Source: a virus
Strand: one strand, 5' to 3'
Virus record (IMG/VR): IMGVR_UViG_3300035180_002574
Coordinates: 32,001 to 96,000 of that record
Length of the DNA stretch: 64,000 bases
The translations under genes and the position numbers were made by a program. The stretch's first letter is position 1. Every line of letters starts with the position of its first letter. Positions 51,501 through 63,100 of this stretch are shown piece by piece. Below the pieces are notes generated by a model that did no database searches, had not been told where the DNA came from, and worked only from the letters and a program-made list of their open reading frames with translations.

Positions 51501-52437
51501 GTAACGAGCTGTAATTTATGCTGGTTTGAGCGACTGGGACATTATTGGGCGCGAAATCTATTGGTAAGTTAGGTACTATATCGGTTGGACATTCAATATT
51601 CGATTGAAGAGGATATACGCTAACAATCAAATCACCATTCCAAACTAAATCAGAAGGATTATCCAGATTTCTAACTGAAAGAAGTAATGTTATTTTTTGT
51701 ATGTTATCAGTTGATGCTTGAAATTTTTGACCTATTTGAGTGGTGACATCTCCATTTAAAAGAACTTTATTATCTTTCTCCGCAGTAAAGATACTTAAAT
51801 TATCGATGTTGTAATATGGTAGGGCAGTTTTTAATAACGTTTGTAACGATGCGGTTCCACTAACAAAGAAGTCTCTAAAAAATAAATTTGGTTCAATATC
51901 TTGAGCCAACATCAAGGCGCTTCTGGACAATGTTATTGGCTTGGCTTCTTTGATAGTTATTTTTCCGCCAAGATTAAATGAAAGATCAGGATCGCCCAAC
52001 AAATCGTTAAATAACAAAACTAATATTTTGGTAAAATGTCTTGTACTTACCTGAATTTCATTTGTATGAAATACGAATGTTTCATATTGAAGATTAGATT
52101 GGAAATCAAGACCAATGATAGCTACCTTAATAGTCTTATTACCGGCAACATTAGATCCCGATAATTCAATTTCCAATTGATTTCCCAAATCATTATCGGC
52201 TGGCTGATTTTGCGCACTAATTGCAAGACCATCTAAAAATCCAGATACTAAAGTTGAATCAAATAAGACCGCTTGCTCTAAAACCTCTGGTAAAACACCA
52301 TTTCCTATATGATTATTAATGATGCCAGCCTGTATTGTATCATTATGTTGTTGCTCGACTGTAAGGTCAGTATCACTAACCTGTCTTCCATCAAACCAAA
52401 TGTTAGAGGGAGCGCTAACTGGGATGCGTTTAGTCAT
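48511..52437 (-). CDS. Large virion structural protein with two dockerin-like Ca-binding repeats
   Basis: 1308 aa; N-terminal WFDG.Q...D...EQ motif, GDVNGDGIIDTTDLDLL and ADIDGDFHITYNDGYLL, C-terminal fibre-like GVLPIVHGGTG. Confidence 0.7.
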   Translation of the reverse strand: MTKRIPVSAPSNIWFDGRQVSDTDLTVEQQHNDTIQAGIINNHIGNGVLPEVLEQAVLFDSTLVSGFLDGLAISAQNQPADNDLGNQLEIELSGSNVAGNKTIKVAIIGLDFQSNLQYETFVFHTNEIQVSTRHFTKILVLLFNDLLGDPDLSFNLGGKITIKEAKPITLSRSALMLAQDIEPNLFFRDFFVSGTASLQTLLKTALPYYNIDNLSIFTAEKDNKVLLNGDVTTQIGQKFQASTDNIQKITLLLSVRNLDNPSDLVWNGDLIVSVYPLQSNIECPTDIVPNLPIDFAPNNVPVAQTSINYSSLLSSGLVLDSVPQPIDFVFSNSPIAGKSGLTVGNYYAICVKRSGSANKSDILLAVGNDRVSNSRITTFTGSLWVDLPDEDLWFRIYTDAAKVTDGQAYDAGVGVTIPKIVEDTSTQSNIDNCVRNISFYGNDVFRGVVAAITQESGLIPDQRTGENVYSIKQSEPQISLLNALDITNLQKASDPLLIGAISDQNIKFFDSISAQITAKLYSATIVDNEMVIRLVDDPTDVGRFDTSVNSLASHLLNGEFVGAKIYPDANNISVFYRIADARLCSMIVGDVNGDGIIDTTDLDLLNTYIGYDLNKGLPLDSSVTTDGYSTTTFINGYSTYTKPFVNSYSVRFQVVDPATNLIWAQGTDGILIANPNNPRLGQFTSASVDFSTIIGLGTLKLVILTPLPVENFGGFDIISSDLLSGVITLRKVYLNGETFNQMLRADIDGDFHITYNDGYLLNEYIKRVPFSSSPGTTYPAPSTNPYTKIGTKFQVVRFTLEKFIDRVDDYTSLGTGRSAGLHTSPDIFLADGYFVSHDFYTSPVPILIEKQLSWNDYLVVSNSNPKLVPSIFSSPSGFVKNSCSLDGIICNFYPTKPAFDKGRTNYYIPDNLIIGDGGELQRQDGSFYKVDFEVGTIVLEIPDGFYGTEKTLNVVEDFIASTLDGSGLLTGLTKLGFPAMKFADCSLVTTDALAKDQVRFSVSVQSFSPNTNGLSPDGYYGAIVDGKMGVSVDYATGLLTLNFTNLFQDAVHPTLSTKLQINIFLKKGGFNNQPLFVDSTKVQNMLELISVFSGAAVGGPSALVDLGGDITGVLPIVHGGTGLNKVGPTGTVLTSNGSSLSYQFAADIFFAINHTTGAADADKVIKTNASGKLDSSFTYKNPLYIYGAAGVFNESFAVPTTIGALIYDTSNIINTQVSSIVLEVILETTGANAAQIQLYDITSASYLNLSAGPSTILSTTNTSPTFVQSLNLYSQLTSGHIYEVILSTANVASTAVCKMARLTVHYAN

Positions 52438-53071
52438 ATTTATTGCCTTTTAAATTGTTTTGCTTAGAAGATAATGGTCTTAGATTCTCTAATGCCCAAC
52501 ACCTCGTAAAACTATCATCGTCCATAGAAATATACTTAAAAGTAGAGTGCGGAATAATATGATCTATCTGCAATGTCCATGTTGACTGATCATCATCATT
52601 CCATGTTTTATAGTTATATCTACCCCAATTCGACCAATTCATCCATGGCTCGAATTTATTTTCTAAATAATCTTTTAACTCATGAATTGTATATGGCAAT
52701 TTGGATATTGAGTTTCCGTTCTTAGAAGAATTATTTCTTTTTAGTCTGCACCAAATAGAGTTCGATACAATGGCTCTTAAATTAAATTGCCTATCTATTT
52801 TTTTTCTATTTTTTTGATAAGCAAGATTTTTGCTATTTATTTTAATCTTATTATTTTGATAGTAAACTATAGATGATGCTTGTATCTTTTCTTTATTGTT
52901 TGTTTTGTAATTGAGCACTTTTTGTGCTATATACTTTTTATTTTCTAAATAATATGTTCTCTTATAATTCTTAATACACGTTTTGCAAACGCCAGATTTC
53001 CTATCTAATTGAGATTTAGAAAAATCTGAATCATTTTTAATAGTAAAGCATTTGGCGCACTGTTTTGTCAT
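52430..53071 (-). CDS. HNH homing endonuclease, paralog of 37166-37969
   Basis: CAKC...CKTC, LQIDHIIPHSTFKY...CWALENLRPL. Confidence 0.85.
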   Translation of the reverse strand: MTKQCAKCFTIKNDSDFSKSQLDRKSGVCKTCIKNYKRTYYLENKKYIAQKVLNYKTNNKEKIQASSIVYYQNNKIKINSKNLAYQKNRKKIDRQFNLRAIVSNSIWCRLKRNNSSKNGNSISKLPYTIHELKDYLENKFEPWMNWSNWGRYNYKTWNDDDQSTWTLQIDHIIPHSTFKYISMDDDSFTRCWALENLRPLSSKQNNLKGNKYD

Positions 53072-53078
53072 AGTGTTC

Positions 53079-56000
53079 TCATCTAGTATATTGTATAAAT
53101 ACCCTACTATTGGCTGGCTTTAGAGTTTTTATCAACTTTTCCAGCACCTCTTGTACTTTCGTACTGCTATTAACTATACCGAAAGAATCTAAAATATTAA
53201 TTGAAAAATCGAAATTACCATTTGCGCTATTCTTAAGTGTTGTAAAGTCATTTACTTTTACAACTGACTCAGAAAAATCAAGCAAATATGTGGTATAAAG
53301 ATCTGGCGTAACTGGGAAATTCATATCAATATTACTACTATAATTGACATCGATAGACTCTCCATAAGGAGCATATAGGGGTCTGGAAATATTGCTTATT
53401 CTAAAGTTATCCAATAAGCTAAAAACCGGATAACTTTGATTATATTGAGCGCCAATAACTAATTGATTTATTGGGTCTTTAAATCTAATGTTATCAGTAA
53501 TAACATACCCGTCTCCAGTTGTTGACGATCCAAATAATATTGGGAAGTCACCAAATAACAAGCTGCTACCAAAAACAGAGGCAGTATATTCGTACCCATC
53601 TACAAACAGTCGCATTTCATCCTGTCCAAGCCCGCCATTGAATTTATAAGAAGCTTTTACTCGGTGCCATGTACCCTTGACCCATCTCGTAGGAGCACGT
53701 ACTACAAAGTCCTTGCCAGAGGCTGAAACGCCAAAATTGATATATCCAAATTCATCTTTATAAATAGAAATCCTGTCTCCCTGAATTCCTTTTGGAAGAT
53801 AGGTGACTTTAACCACCGAATTTTGCGATGGAAGCTTTCTGCCTAATCTAATTATCTGGGAATTTAATTTATTTTTATTTTCGATTGGTTGATAGGTAAC
53901 TTCTAACAATAGTGTGTTTTGAGGGAGGGTGTTTCCTAAATAAATTGTTTTACGATCATCTCCAATAGAGCCGCTACCGAAATAATCCTTCTCTGAAAAA
54001 TCCCCAACTATTTTTACCGATATTATTTGTAAAGCGGGTTTTGAGACAACAACCATACTATTTGTAATGCTTGTACCTTCTTCCTGTATAGCATTCTGCG
54101 TATCAATTTCTAAATTACCACCAGCAAAATAATCAAGGGTAGGATCTCCGGCAGCCAAAACAACTTTTAGTATTTTGCCGGCAGGCGAGCTTATTTTAAC
54201 GGAAACATTATTAATACTCGTTACAGTTTCAGTGACAGCTCCGTATGCGTCAAAATAAAATCTATTATTTGGATCGTTGCCGGTATCAAATAATGGTGAG
54301 GTCCAGAACTCAATAGTTCCTTCTTTTCTAGTATCTAATATTCCATCATTAGATACTATTATTGGTTCATCAAGCAATACCAAACTGTTTCCAAAGTTAT
54401 CATTTACTGCTAATGAAGATTCAAATTGATTTTTGATTTCTCCTACCCTAACATAATGATCGGCTTGGTTAACGAAAGGAAAAGTTTCAAAATCAAGCAT
54501 CATCAATGTATTTGAGTCTTTTGCAACCGTTTTCAATGAGTTAAAATTTTTAGTAATTGATTTTTGATTTGCAGGTATTGTTTCACCAACCCTGGTATCT
54601 GTCAACATAGTTGAATACAAATAAGTTTCGTCAATTACGCAATTAGCATTGTTATTGCCGAACATATCATGACCCAAATGTGCCCTAGTATTATTTTGCG
54701 GGTTCATACGGATACTAGTGTAGGTGAAATATTCTATGTCATAGAATCCTGCTGACAAATAAAATGGCTTTCCTGGAGCATTTGCTTGTTCTAATGTGAA
54801 GAATCCATTTTGTAAACCACTTCTATAAGAAGATACATTTAATATTTGATATACTCCATTAATAAACACCGGCACGTTTCTATCAAGATATAAAGACTTA
54901 CGGTCCGCTGAAACTCCAGTTATTTTGTAATATCCGGCAGCCGCGCCTGGAGAAGTTATGAATAAATAATTGCCATTTACAAATTCGCTAAATAATTTAG
55001 AGTTATCACTTACCTGTGCAGAACCCGAGGAGTACAAATCATAGCCCGCATTGATCACATAACTATATTGTATCGTTGGGTAAATTAAACTTGACTCGTT
55101 ATGCGTAACCGGATATTTTTCTTTAATAGTAACAGATAATGCACCGCGTAAAACATTAATTGGTTTTGCAATCACGCTAATATAGTTCACGTAACTATAT
55201 GAATTTGCAAAATTTAATGTACCATAATTAGTAAATAAAATAGTTTCTGTGACGGTAGTGGCACCCACTATACCATGAATAGTGACGTGAACCGGTGTAG
55301 AAAAATCCGTATTACTACCATTGATAGTTGCTGATAATGTTCTTCCGGTGGTAGAAGAAATTGGTTGTGATGCTGGCAAATTATCTGAATAGAACACTCC
55401 CCCGGAATATGTTGAGTTAGATGAGCTAATCAATGTTGGAGGAAGTATTATTTTATTAATGTTCACTGCATCCAAGGATATTGGAGCAGGCATTCTTGTC
55501 ATTAAAACATTTTCATAGCCATCTGCCCAAACATAATATTGTCTCTTTATTTTTCTAAAATTAAGACCTAAAGTTCTCAAAATTACAAGATCATTAGCAT
55601 ATATGTTATTTGATAACACCAATAGATTATTGTTATTTACATCTTTAGAAACGCTGTATGATGGTCTAACAGCGCGCATACCTGGAATTTCCTTTTCCGT
55701 ATTAGGATAAATATGATAGGTAGCATTTGATAAAGATAGCGTTACATTATCTAATAATGTTAATGAGGTTCCAGAAACCTGAACTATTGTAAATATCTTT
55801 TGCAATCCAGGGGCATCTATTCTTAAAGAATATCCCGGCAATACATTATTAGTTGAAAAGTTTGTTCCAGATGATGTAACTACATTAGTTCCAGCAACAG
55901 TAAATAAATCATTGTTATTTAATGCCGAGCTAATTGTGCTAACAGTTATATTTGTCGCGATATCTATTTCAGAAGATACATTAATTGCCGTTCTATTTAC

Positions 56001-59000
56001 AGAAAATCTTCCATTAGTAATTGAAAGAGGCATCACAGAAGATAAAGTCAATGATTGTCCACTTATTGATGATATGGTATATCCTGACGGAGAGAATCCA
56101 GTCTCATCAATAAATATGGTATCGCCTGAAGAAATATTATATGCGCTAAAATTAATGGATGAAGTTACTACTGAGCTTCCAACAGAGGTTACTAAATCTA
56201 CAGAACCTACAATATCTGCCGTGATTAATCCAACTATTTCTTCTGGATCAACCGTTCTATATTTTTCATGAAGAAATGGCGATAAGTTTTGACCATATTT
56301 AATGATATTGGGGACTTCAAATCCATCGATAAATAAGTGCATTTCATCTTTATTATTTATAGTATTAAGCTTCCAAGAAGCTGCAACAAAGTGAGGATCA
56401 CCTATTTTCCAAGCAGAAACATCTGCACTTATATGATAAGATGATTGGTCTTTATCATATACTCTAAAGTTTAAATAACCACTAACATCTTTATAGATAG
56501 ACAATCTTGATTTTGATTTATCTTGACCAAAATCTAATAAATAATGTTCGACATCAGCAATGAAGGTTATTCCTTCATTTATCAATGGAATGCTATTTAT
56601 TGTAAGCGTCACTCCACTAGTTGTGGTTAATATGTGTACATTGGGAGGGGTTGGAAGATTAAAGCTTTTAGAGTCATAAATTTTGCCATCAGTATTTATT
56701 TTGATTTTATAATTTCCGGCAGTAGTAACATATCCGTCTAAAACTTCAATAAACCATCTATTAAATAACCCAGATGGATCTTTATCATAATAAATGAATA
56801 CTCCATCTTTATTTGTATTCGGTTTCCCGAAAGAAACAGATTCCTTACTAATAGAGAAAATATTTGAATTTGGATGAGCTTCTTCTGATCCAATAAAAAT
56901 TTGTAATGGATTTATTGGTAAATTGTTTCTAATGATATTGAAAGTTAGAGAGGCATCATTATCCAGTCCATTCCATTGTGGAATTATCCATTCTTCAAAA
57001 GTGCCCTCTTCTATCCTTATATTAGAATTAACTGGGAATTGTATGGACTGAGAATTGGAATTAACTAATACTCCGTTTCCAAATTTACCAGGCACCAACT
57101 CAAATGATCCGTTTGTAGTAATTTGCTCGGGAGTTAATAAACTTGTGCCCAATGTCCAACCTTGGAAGACAGATTCAGAAATAACTGGTTCTATGTGAGA
57201 TATGGTTTGCCCAATATTTTTCATAGCAGTTATGGTTGGACCTTTAATAAAGGAAGATAGTGCTGCATATAATGCATCACGATATCTCTCTCTATCAAAA
57301 TCAATATCAAAATTAGTTAGTTGTGGTATGTTTATTAGAGTCCCAAAGTTTTTTAATAAAGCATCTCTTAAGGCGCCAACCTTATATGATACATAATATG
57401 TTGTTCCAGCAGGAAGATTCTTGTTCTTTCTAAAATCTATTACGTTATCTCCGTATTCATAACTTACAATAATTTCATCCGCAACATATGTATAATCAAC
57501 AAACAAATCTCCTCGATTATAATCTACAATCACGCGAGATAGGTTATTGATTGTAAAACTGTAAACTACCGATACCAGGTCTCCAACATTTGGAGAGTTA
57601 ACGCCAGATAACACTAACTTAACTGATTCTCCGGGGACGATGACGCCAGAATTATCCCATAACTGAGCGGAATCTGAAGTTCTAACAACAGAAACTGAAT
57701 ATGTGATGTTTGGAGATAATGAAGTGAAATTTTCATTCAATACTATGAAATAATTTGTCCCGTCGTATGCTACTACATCAAATGATTGTTTTGTTATTGT
57801 GCCTACGGAGATATTAAATCCACTACTCGTGCTACTGACAGAAAAATTTATAGGATGAAGATTATTTAACAGATCCTGATATTCATATAATCCTCTTACA
57901 GATTTTATCTGGTTAGTAATCCCAGCTATAAATCCTGAATCTAAGAAAACTCCGACATTAGAATTATACAATTGATAATTTGTGGTGCTATTATTTAACG
58001 TCAATTCATCACTATATTCCAATACTTCTGGAATTATTTGACCTTCATCAAAAGAGGTATAAGAAAAAGACTTATTTTTATTTGACAGCGCATTAATGCG
58101 ATAGAAAATATCTTCTACGCTAATTATATGCGCAGATTTTGGAACAATAATATCATTTTTGTATGATATTGTTCCAATATCCGATCCCTGTGTACTAGAT
58201 ACTGCACAGTACACTATTCCATTAGAATAATCAATCATATAATCGCCAACATCGACTAATCTATTGATGTTGCTTGATTCGTTCTGATCTCTATCAAACC
58301 ATCTTTCAGACTTAAATACATTAGAGTAAGAGAAAAATACGCTTGTATTAAATGCAAATCCAATTGTATCTTCAGAGGCTGATACTATTGTGTTATTCTT
58401 CAATAATATTTTAAATATCTTTGTAGAGGATAGGTTTACTAGTGTAGAATTAACAAATAATACTTCATTGACCACATCATTAAATGAAGCTCTTTCTCCT
58501 GTTGTAGATTTTATATTTGGAGGATTGTGATAAGAGTAATAAATTTTATTATCATTCCATCTTGTTAGCGAATATATTTCTCCAGTTGTTTCATTATATA
58601 TTCTGAAAACGTTAGTGATCGGTGATTTAGCGGTTTTGAAAGCATTAAGAGCAACTTGATTGTTACCAACTCTTTCGGTTAAAATTTCCGTATGTAATGC
58701 GGCACTATAATCCGTGTCAGGAACAAGCACTCGTTCATAATTAAATTCAATAGTGCCCGGGAAATCTAATAAACTTCCTAAAGGAAGCGCAACTATTTCT
58801 TTTAAATCAGAGTCATAGACAAAATCTATTTCGGACTTATAATTAAACTTATAATTATAAGTAGCAACCGGAGGGAAAGGTCCAGTTCCATCTCTAGAGA
58901 TATCTGAGCCATATACGTACACAGTGCCAGTGGCATAATCAATAGAATATTGCCCAGGCATTGCTGGTAAAGAATTAATTCTAAACGGTATTTCTGTTGC

Positions 59001-60179
59001 AAAAGCCGAATGAGATAGTGTGGGATTATTGGCGTCTGTAAAAATTACTCCGCCAATGGTAGATATAGCCCCAGAAGAATCAATGATTGGTGCATGTTGC
59101 AAATTGAATATGTTAATGATTGGAGGCAATACTTCACGTATAGATTTTAGATCTGTATATACCTGAACTGAAGTATCATCAATTACTCTTCCCAAATCTT
59201 TAGATTCATACTTAGCTTCTACTCTAACAAGCGAATGAATCGAAAAGTTTGAGTCTTGTAAAATCCTATCATTCAATTTTATTTGATTATCACCTAGTGT
59301 TACATAAGTAGAGGCGTAGCTTTGATCATATCTTGAATTATTTATTTGATAACCAAGCGCATTAATATCATACACATATTCTGGAACAAGAGCTGATTGC
59401 ACAAATGTTAAACTTACCAATTTAGTAACCGGCTGATTACTAAGGTTCAATATTAAATTATTAATATTGAATTTGCCAAGCTCGTCCACCGAATCAATTG
59501 ATAATACTTCTGTATTTACTTGTTTTTGCAGGGTGACTGGAGATGACCCAAAGAAATCGTAGCTATCAGTTAGAGTAACTTTTGCTTGTGTTGGAGAAGT
59601 ACCCACTCTAATTATTTCATAAGCACTTTCTTCATTTAATCTATCAAAAGGACCATCACTACGAATTTTTTGCTCGTCTATTATAGTATGAGTAAGATAA
59701 TTTTCATTTACACTTTGCTTAATATCATAAAGTGCTTTTGATAGAACGGTTGATAACGCATTTAGATATTTACTAACTAATGTGTTGGGATCATCAAAAT
59801 TATAAATATTATCATGAAAATATGATTTTAAATAGTTGGAAACTGGATTATCTGATTCAAGCGGACCGTTTATTAAATACTTATTAGAGATCCCATCTTC
59901 AACAATTATTGCATCACCATTTATAGAAGTAAACTTATGATTCGTTAAAGAAATAAACTCTAAGTTATAAACTGCAAATGGGGTCAGTGGCTGACAAGTT
60001 ATAGATAATGTTGCTCCCAATATTTTTAATTGCAATACTTCTGGTATTGGAGTATTGAGCCCATCAGGATTTATCTTAACATTGGATGTTACCAAATTAG
60101 TAGTTAATGATGATGTAAAAACAACATCAATAGTGGTACTACTAGTTACATCTACGCTGACTATTCTTAGATTTTGCAT
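53079..60179 (-). CDS. Giant baseplate wedge-like protein with LamG/ConA-like domains
   Basis: 2366 aa; ERYRDAL...KGPTI wedge-type motif; two EGT(F/I)E.W...W/H..(A)SW/Y...LF.DG LamG-like blocks; directly downstream of baseplate J. Confidence 0.7.
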   Translation of the reverse strand: MQNLRIVSVDVTSSTTIDVVFTSSLTTNLVTSNVKINPDGLNTPIPEVLQLKILGATLSITCQPLTPFAVYNLEFISLTNHKFTSINGDAIIVEDGISNKYLINGPLESDNPVSNYLKSYFHDNIYNFDDPNTLVSKYLNALSTVLSKALYDIKQSVNENYLTHTIIDEQKIRSDGPFDRLNEESAYEIIRVGTSPTQAKVTLTDSYDFFGSSPVTLQKQVNTEVLSIDSVDELGKFNINNLILNLSNQPVTKLVSLTFVQSALVPEYVYDINALGYQINNSRYDQSYASTYVTLGDNQIKLNDRILQDSNFSIHSLVRVEAKYESKDLGRVIDDTSVQVYTDLKSIREVLPPIINIFNLQHAPIIDSSGAISTIGGVIFTDANNPTLSHSAFATEIPFRINSLPAMPGQYSIDYATGTVYVYGSDISRDGTGPFPPVATYNYKFNYKSEIDFVYDSDLKEIVALPLGSLLDFPGTIEFNYERVLVPDTDYSAALHTEILTERVGNNQVALNAFKTAKSPITNVFRIYNETTGEIYSLTRWNDNKIYYSYHNPPNIKSTTGERASFNDVVNEVLFVNSTLVNLSSTKIFKILLKNNTIVSASEDTIGFAFNTSVFFSYSNVFKSERWFDRDQNESSNINRLVDVGDYMIDYSNGIVYCAVSSTQGSDIGTISYKNDIIVPKSAHIISVEDIFYRINALSNKNKSFSYTSFDEGQIIPEVLEYSDELTLNNSTTNYQLYNSNVGVFLDSGFIAGITNQIKSVRGLYEYQDLLNNLHPINFSVSSTSSGFNISVGTITKQSFDVVAYDGTNYFIVLNENFTSLSPNITYSVSVVRTSDSAQLWDNSGVIVPGESVKLVLSGVNSPNVGDLVSVVYSFTINNLSRVIVDYNRGDLFVDYTYVADEIIVSYEYGDNVIDFRKNKNLPAGTTYYVSYKVGALRDALLKNFGTLINIPQLTNFDIDFDRERYRDALYAALSSFIKGPTITAMKNIGQTISHIEPVISESVFQGWTLGTSLLTPEQITTNGSFELVPGKFGNGVLVNSNSQSIQFPVNSNIRIEEGTFEEWIIPQWNGLDNDASLTFNIIRNNLPINPLQIFIGSEEAHPNSNIFSISKESVSFGKPNTNKDGVFIYYDKDPSGLFNRWFIEVLDGYVTTAGNYKIKINTDGKIYDSKSFNLPTPPNVHILTTTSGVTLTINSIPLINEGITFIADVEHYLLDFGQDKSKSRLSIYKDVSGYLNFRVYDKDQSSYHISADVSAWKIGDPHFVAASWKLNTINNKDEMHLFIDGFEVPNIIKYGQNLSPFLHEKYRTVDPEEIVGLITADIVGSVDLVTSVGSSVVTSSINFSAYNISSGDTIFIDETGFSPSGYTISSISGQSLTLSSVMPLSITNGRFSVNRTAINVSSEIDIATNITVSTISSALNNNDLFTVAGTNVVTSSGTNFSTNNVLPGYSLRIDAPGLQKIFTIVQVSGTSLTLLDNVTLSLSNATYHIYPNTEKEIPGMRAVRPSYSVSKDVNNNNLLVLSNNIYANDLVILRTLGLNFRKIKRQYYVWADGYENVLMTRMPAPISLDAVNINKIILPPTLISSSNSTYSGGVFYSDNLPASQPISSTTGRTLSATINGSNTDFSTPVHVTIHGIVGATTVTETILFTNYGTLNFANSYSYVNYISVIAKPINVLRGALSVTIKEKYPVTHNESSLIYPTIQYSYVINAGYDLYSSGSAQVSDNSKLFSEFVNGNYLFITSPGAAAGYYKITGVSADRKSLYLDRNVPVFINGVYQILNVSSYRSGLQNGFFTLEQANAPGKPFYLSAGFYDIEYFTYTSIRMNPQNNTRAHLGHDMFGNNNANCVIDETYLYSTMLTDTRVGETIPANQKSITKNFNSLKTVAKDSNTLMMLDFETFPFVNQADHYVRVGEIKNQFESSLAVNDNFGNSLVLLDEPIIVSNDGILDTRKEGTIEFWTSPLFDTGNDPNNRFYFDAYGAVTETVTSINNVSVKISSPAGKILKVVLAAGDPTLDYFAGGNLEIDTQNAIQEEGTSITNSMVVVSKPALQIISVKIVGDFSEKDYFGSGSIGDDRKTIYLGNTLPQNTLLLEVTYQPIENKNKLNSQIIRLGRKLPSQNSVVKVTYLPKGIQGDRISIYKDEFGYINFGVSASGKDFVVRAPTRWVKGTWHRVKASYKFNGGLGQDEMRLFVDGYEYTASVFGSSLLFGDFPILFGSSTTGDGYVITDNIRFKDPINQLVIGAQYNQSYPVFSLLDNFRISNISRPLYAPYGESIDVNYSSNIDMNFPVTPDLYTTYLLDFSESVVKVNDFTTLKNSANGNFDFSINILDSFGIVNSSTKVQEVLEKLIKTLKPANSRVFIQYTR

Positions 60180-63100
60180 TATCTGGTCTCGGTGTTAACG
60201 ATTATTGTATTTGGAGCAAGGTACTCGTCACCTTGAGCTTGGACACTTAATACCTGTCCAGCAACTCCGGTCTTGTTAAAATAAACTATTCTTGCTCTAG
60301 CCACTCCCTGAACTGATTGAGCGACGTTAATTAATGTAGGATTATCTATAATAGTGCCCATTTGAGAGGTTGTCATGGCAGTTATTAATTTATCTTTAAC
60401 AGATTGCACTACGGATGTTGCTGAATTCTTAAAACTATCAGTAAGAACTATGTTCAAAGTTAGATCCAGCAAAACTTGCTTTGCGCCCCTGACTATAACA
60501 TCAGCATTTATCGGTCTATTATTTTCTATTGCAAAAGTGACGGCAGAAATTAACTGATTATAATTAAACCTTATAGATATTCTTTCATTTTGTTTCGGCG
60601 CAAGATATCTATAGAACACAGTATATCTTGAACCTAAACTTGGCTGATTAAATGCGGTTAATGTTATCTTAGTAGCTTGTGATGTTTTGAATCCGCTAGA
60701 CACATAAACTCTATTAACTAAAACAAACTTTTTATTGCTATAAAGGGCGCCATTACGAGTATAAGATAAACTTTCACTGTCATTATCAGTTACATAATAA
60801 AAAGTAACTCTTAATTTATCTCCAATTTTAGGCAAATTAACTATATCAGTATTTAAAGTATTATTTACAGTATTTGGTAAAATAAAATCAAAAGATGTTA
60901 ATGTGCTATCTGATAATTCTTCATTTAAGTACAATAAATTATTTTGTACTTTTGTATTTTTAACATCATACGTTGCAGTGACCTCAAGCACTTCGTCGCT
61001 ATTAGCACTAACCGTTACTACTTTTTCTAATTTAGCAATTTTGGCAAGTCTAATATTGGAAGGAATTGTGGCGGCAGAGTTCAATCCTAATGATTTCCTT
61101 ACTGCCTCAGCAAGATTAAGTTTCAAACCCGTATTTGTTGCCGTGAAAACTACATCAGTGCCTTTGGCAATTGTGGTTCCAGCAATTGTTATTACCCCCG
61201 TATTTACTGTTTGATCGGTGGTGGTAGAAATCAGTCTTGCAGACCCCTTGCGCAAATTGTTGATGTTAAAAATCATTACATAAACTAAATCATTCGGTAA
61301 AGCAGCGGCTCCAGCCGGTAACAATAACTTATTATTTACAATATCTATTGTTCCATTATAATTCCAAACCTCTTTTCCATCTATTACTCTTAAAATACAT
61401 ACTTGATCTTGGGTAATATGATCTAAAATATTTTTTATTGTTATAATGTTCGTGAATGGATTATATGCAATGATATCATAAACGCCATTATTATTTGGAT
61501 CATTGGCTTGAGAAATCTGTATTTTCTTTCCAAGAATATCATTAAGAGTATTGAAGTTTGTACTTAAGCTAGTAATGCTTCCAACACCATTAGATACGCT
61601 CATATATCCATCTGTTACCGAAAACAACGAAATATTGGTGTTTGGTTCAATTATTTTGAAATTCAGTCCTGAAAGCTGATTCGTTAAATAATTAATAGGC
61701 ACATAAAGCCTTTTAGTAGTTGGATCTTGAAGCAAATTATTTAACTTAGTAGACAACATTTGGTTGCCAAAACTAAATGGCTGAAATCTTCTCACATCCT
61801 GAGCATAATAAATTACCAATACCCTATCATTAACCGCAGGTGAATTAAATCCGCTCAATATAAGATGATAATTTCCACTAATGCCAGTGGTTATGCTACC
61901 AACATTATCGCTATTCCATAATAATTTTCCATCAGTTAATCTAACAATAGCCACAACTGATGAAGGAGCGAAGATAAAGTCATTTGCCACTAATGAGGTT
62001 TCTACATAATATTGATTGCTTAAATTCTTTTGAACAATCAAATTTTCGCGGCGCGAAATATTAGATATACTGAAATTAGTAAATCCATTATTATTAGATA
62101 ATGAAAATCCATTACCAGCCCTACTAATTGGTATGCTAGTTATTGCGGAGGAAACTAAATCAGTAACTGAAGCAATATATGTGGCAAGTAATACAATACT
62201 ATTTGCTGATGTGTGTATAGAAGAAGACGGAATGGTAATTTGAGTTCCATTACTACTACCAACTCCACTTACATTATTGAAAACATCTGTATTGTTTATT
62301 ATTGCTGTGGCGTAATCTCCTGCCACAGCAGTCGTATCACTTGGAAGTATAATGGTAACATTATATAAGACATTAATTCCCACAACATTTGTATTGTTAG
62401 TAAATGATCCGTCATTTTGTGCAGTAACATATATTTCTGAGTTGGAATTTTTTAAAGTGACTGATTTGATAGAAGTTGCAGGGAAAGCGAGATTATTTAA
62501 AGTTACCGACAATCTATTTACAAATATTCCGGAAGTTACTTTCACTACTGGAGCATCTACCTCTACAAACTGTTCTATTGAGACCACAGAATTAATGTTG
62601 TGAGAAGCCGTACCGACAAAAAAGTTCCCTCCACTGTTGGTAAATAAAATTCTTTCATTCTTAATTGATGAAGAGTATCCCCAATCTACGCTATCATTAA
62701 CTGTTCTTGGATTATAAGTATGTGTCAATCCATCATAATCTGCATATTGATCATAATCAACAACCCAACTATAATCTACCTGTAATAGGTCACTAGATGT
62801 TGGGAGAGTATTTCCAGAAATTTTTATTCTACCTGTAGTATTGAAAGTTCCGGTTTTATCTGGATTTTGATCTGCAACTAAATATCTTTCTCCCGTATTT
62901 ACATTAATAACTCGTGTTACATTGGTGGCTGGAGTATGAAGTAACTGTATAATAGATCTATCAGACGTTAACTTACTATTCTCGTTTGTTATTGAGATGT
63001 TTTGTGTAACCTTAGGAATCTCTAAAACATCAGAAAAAGTTGTAGAATCTTGACCGTTAAACTGACCTTTTATACGATCTTCATTAAATGAAACATTATT

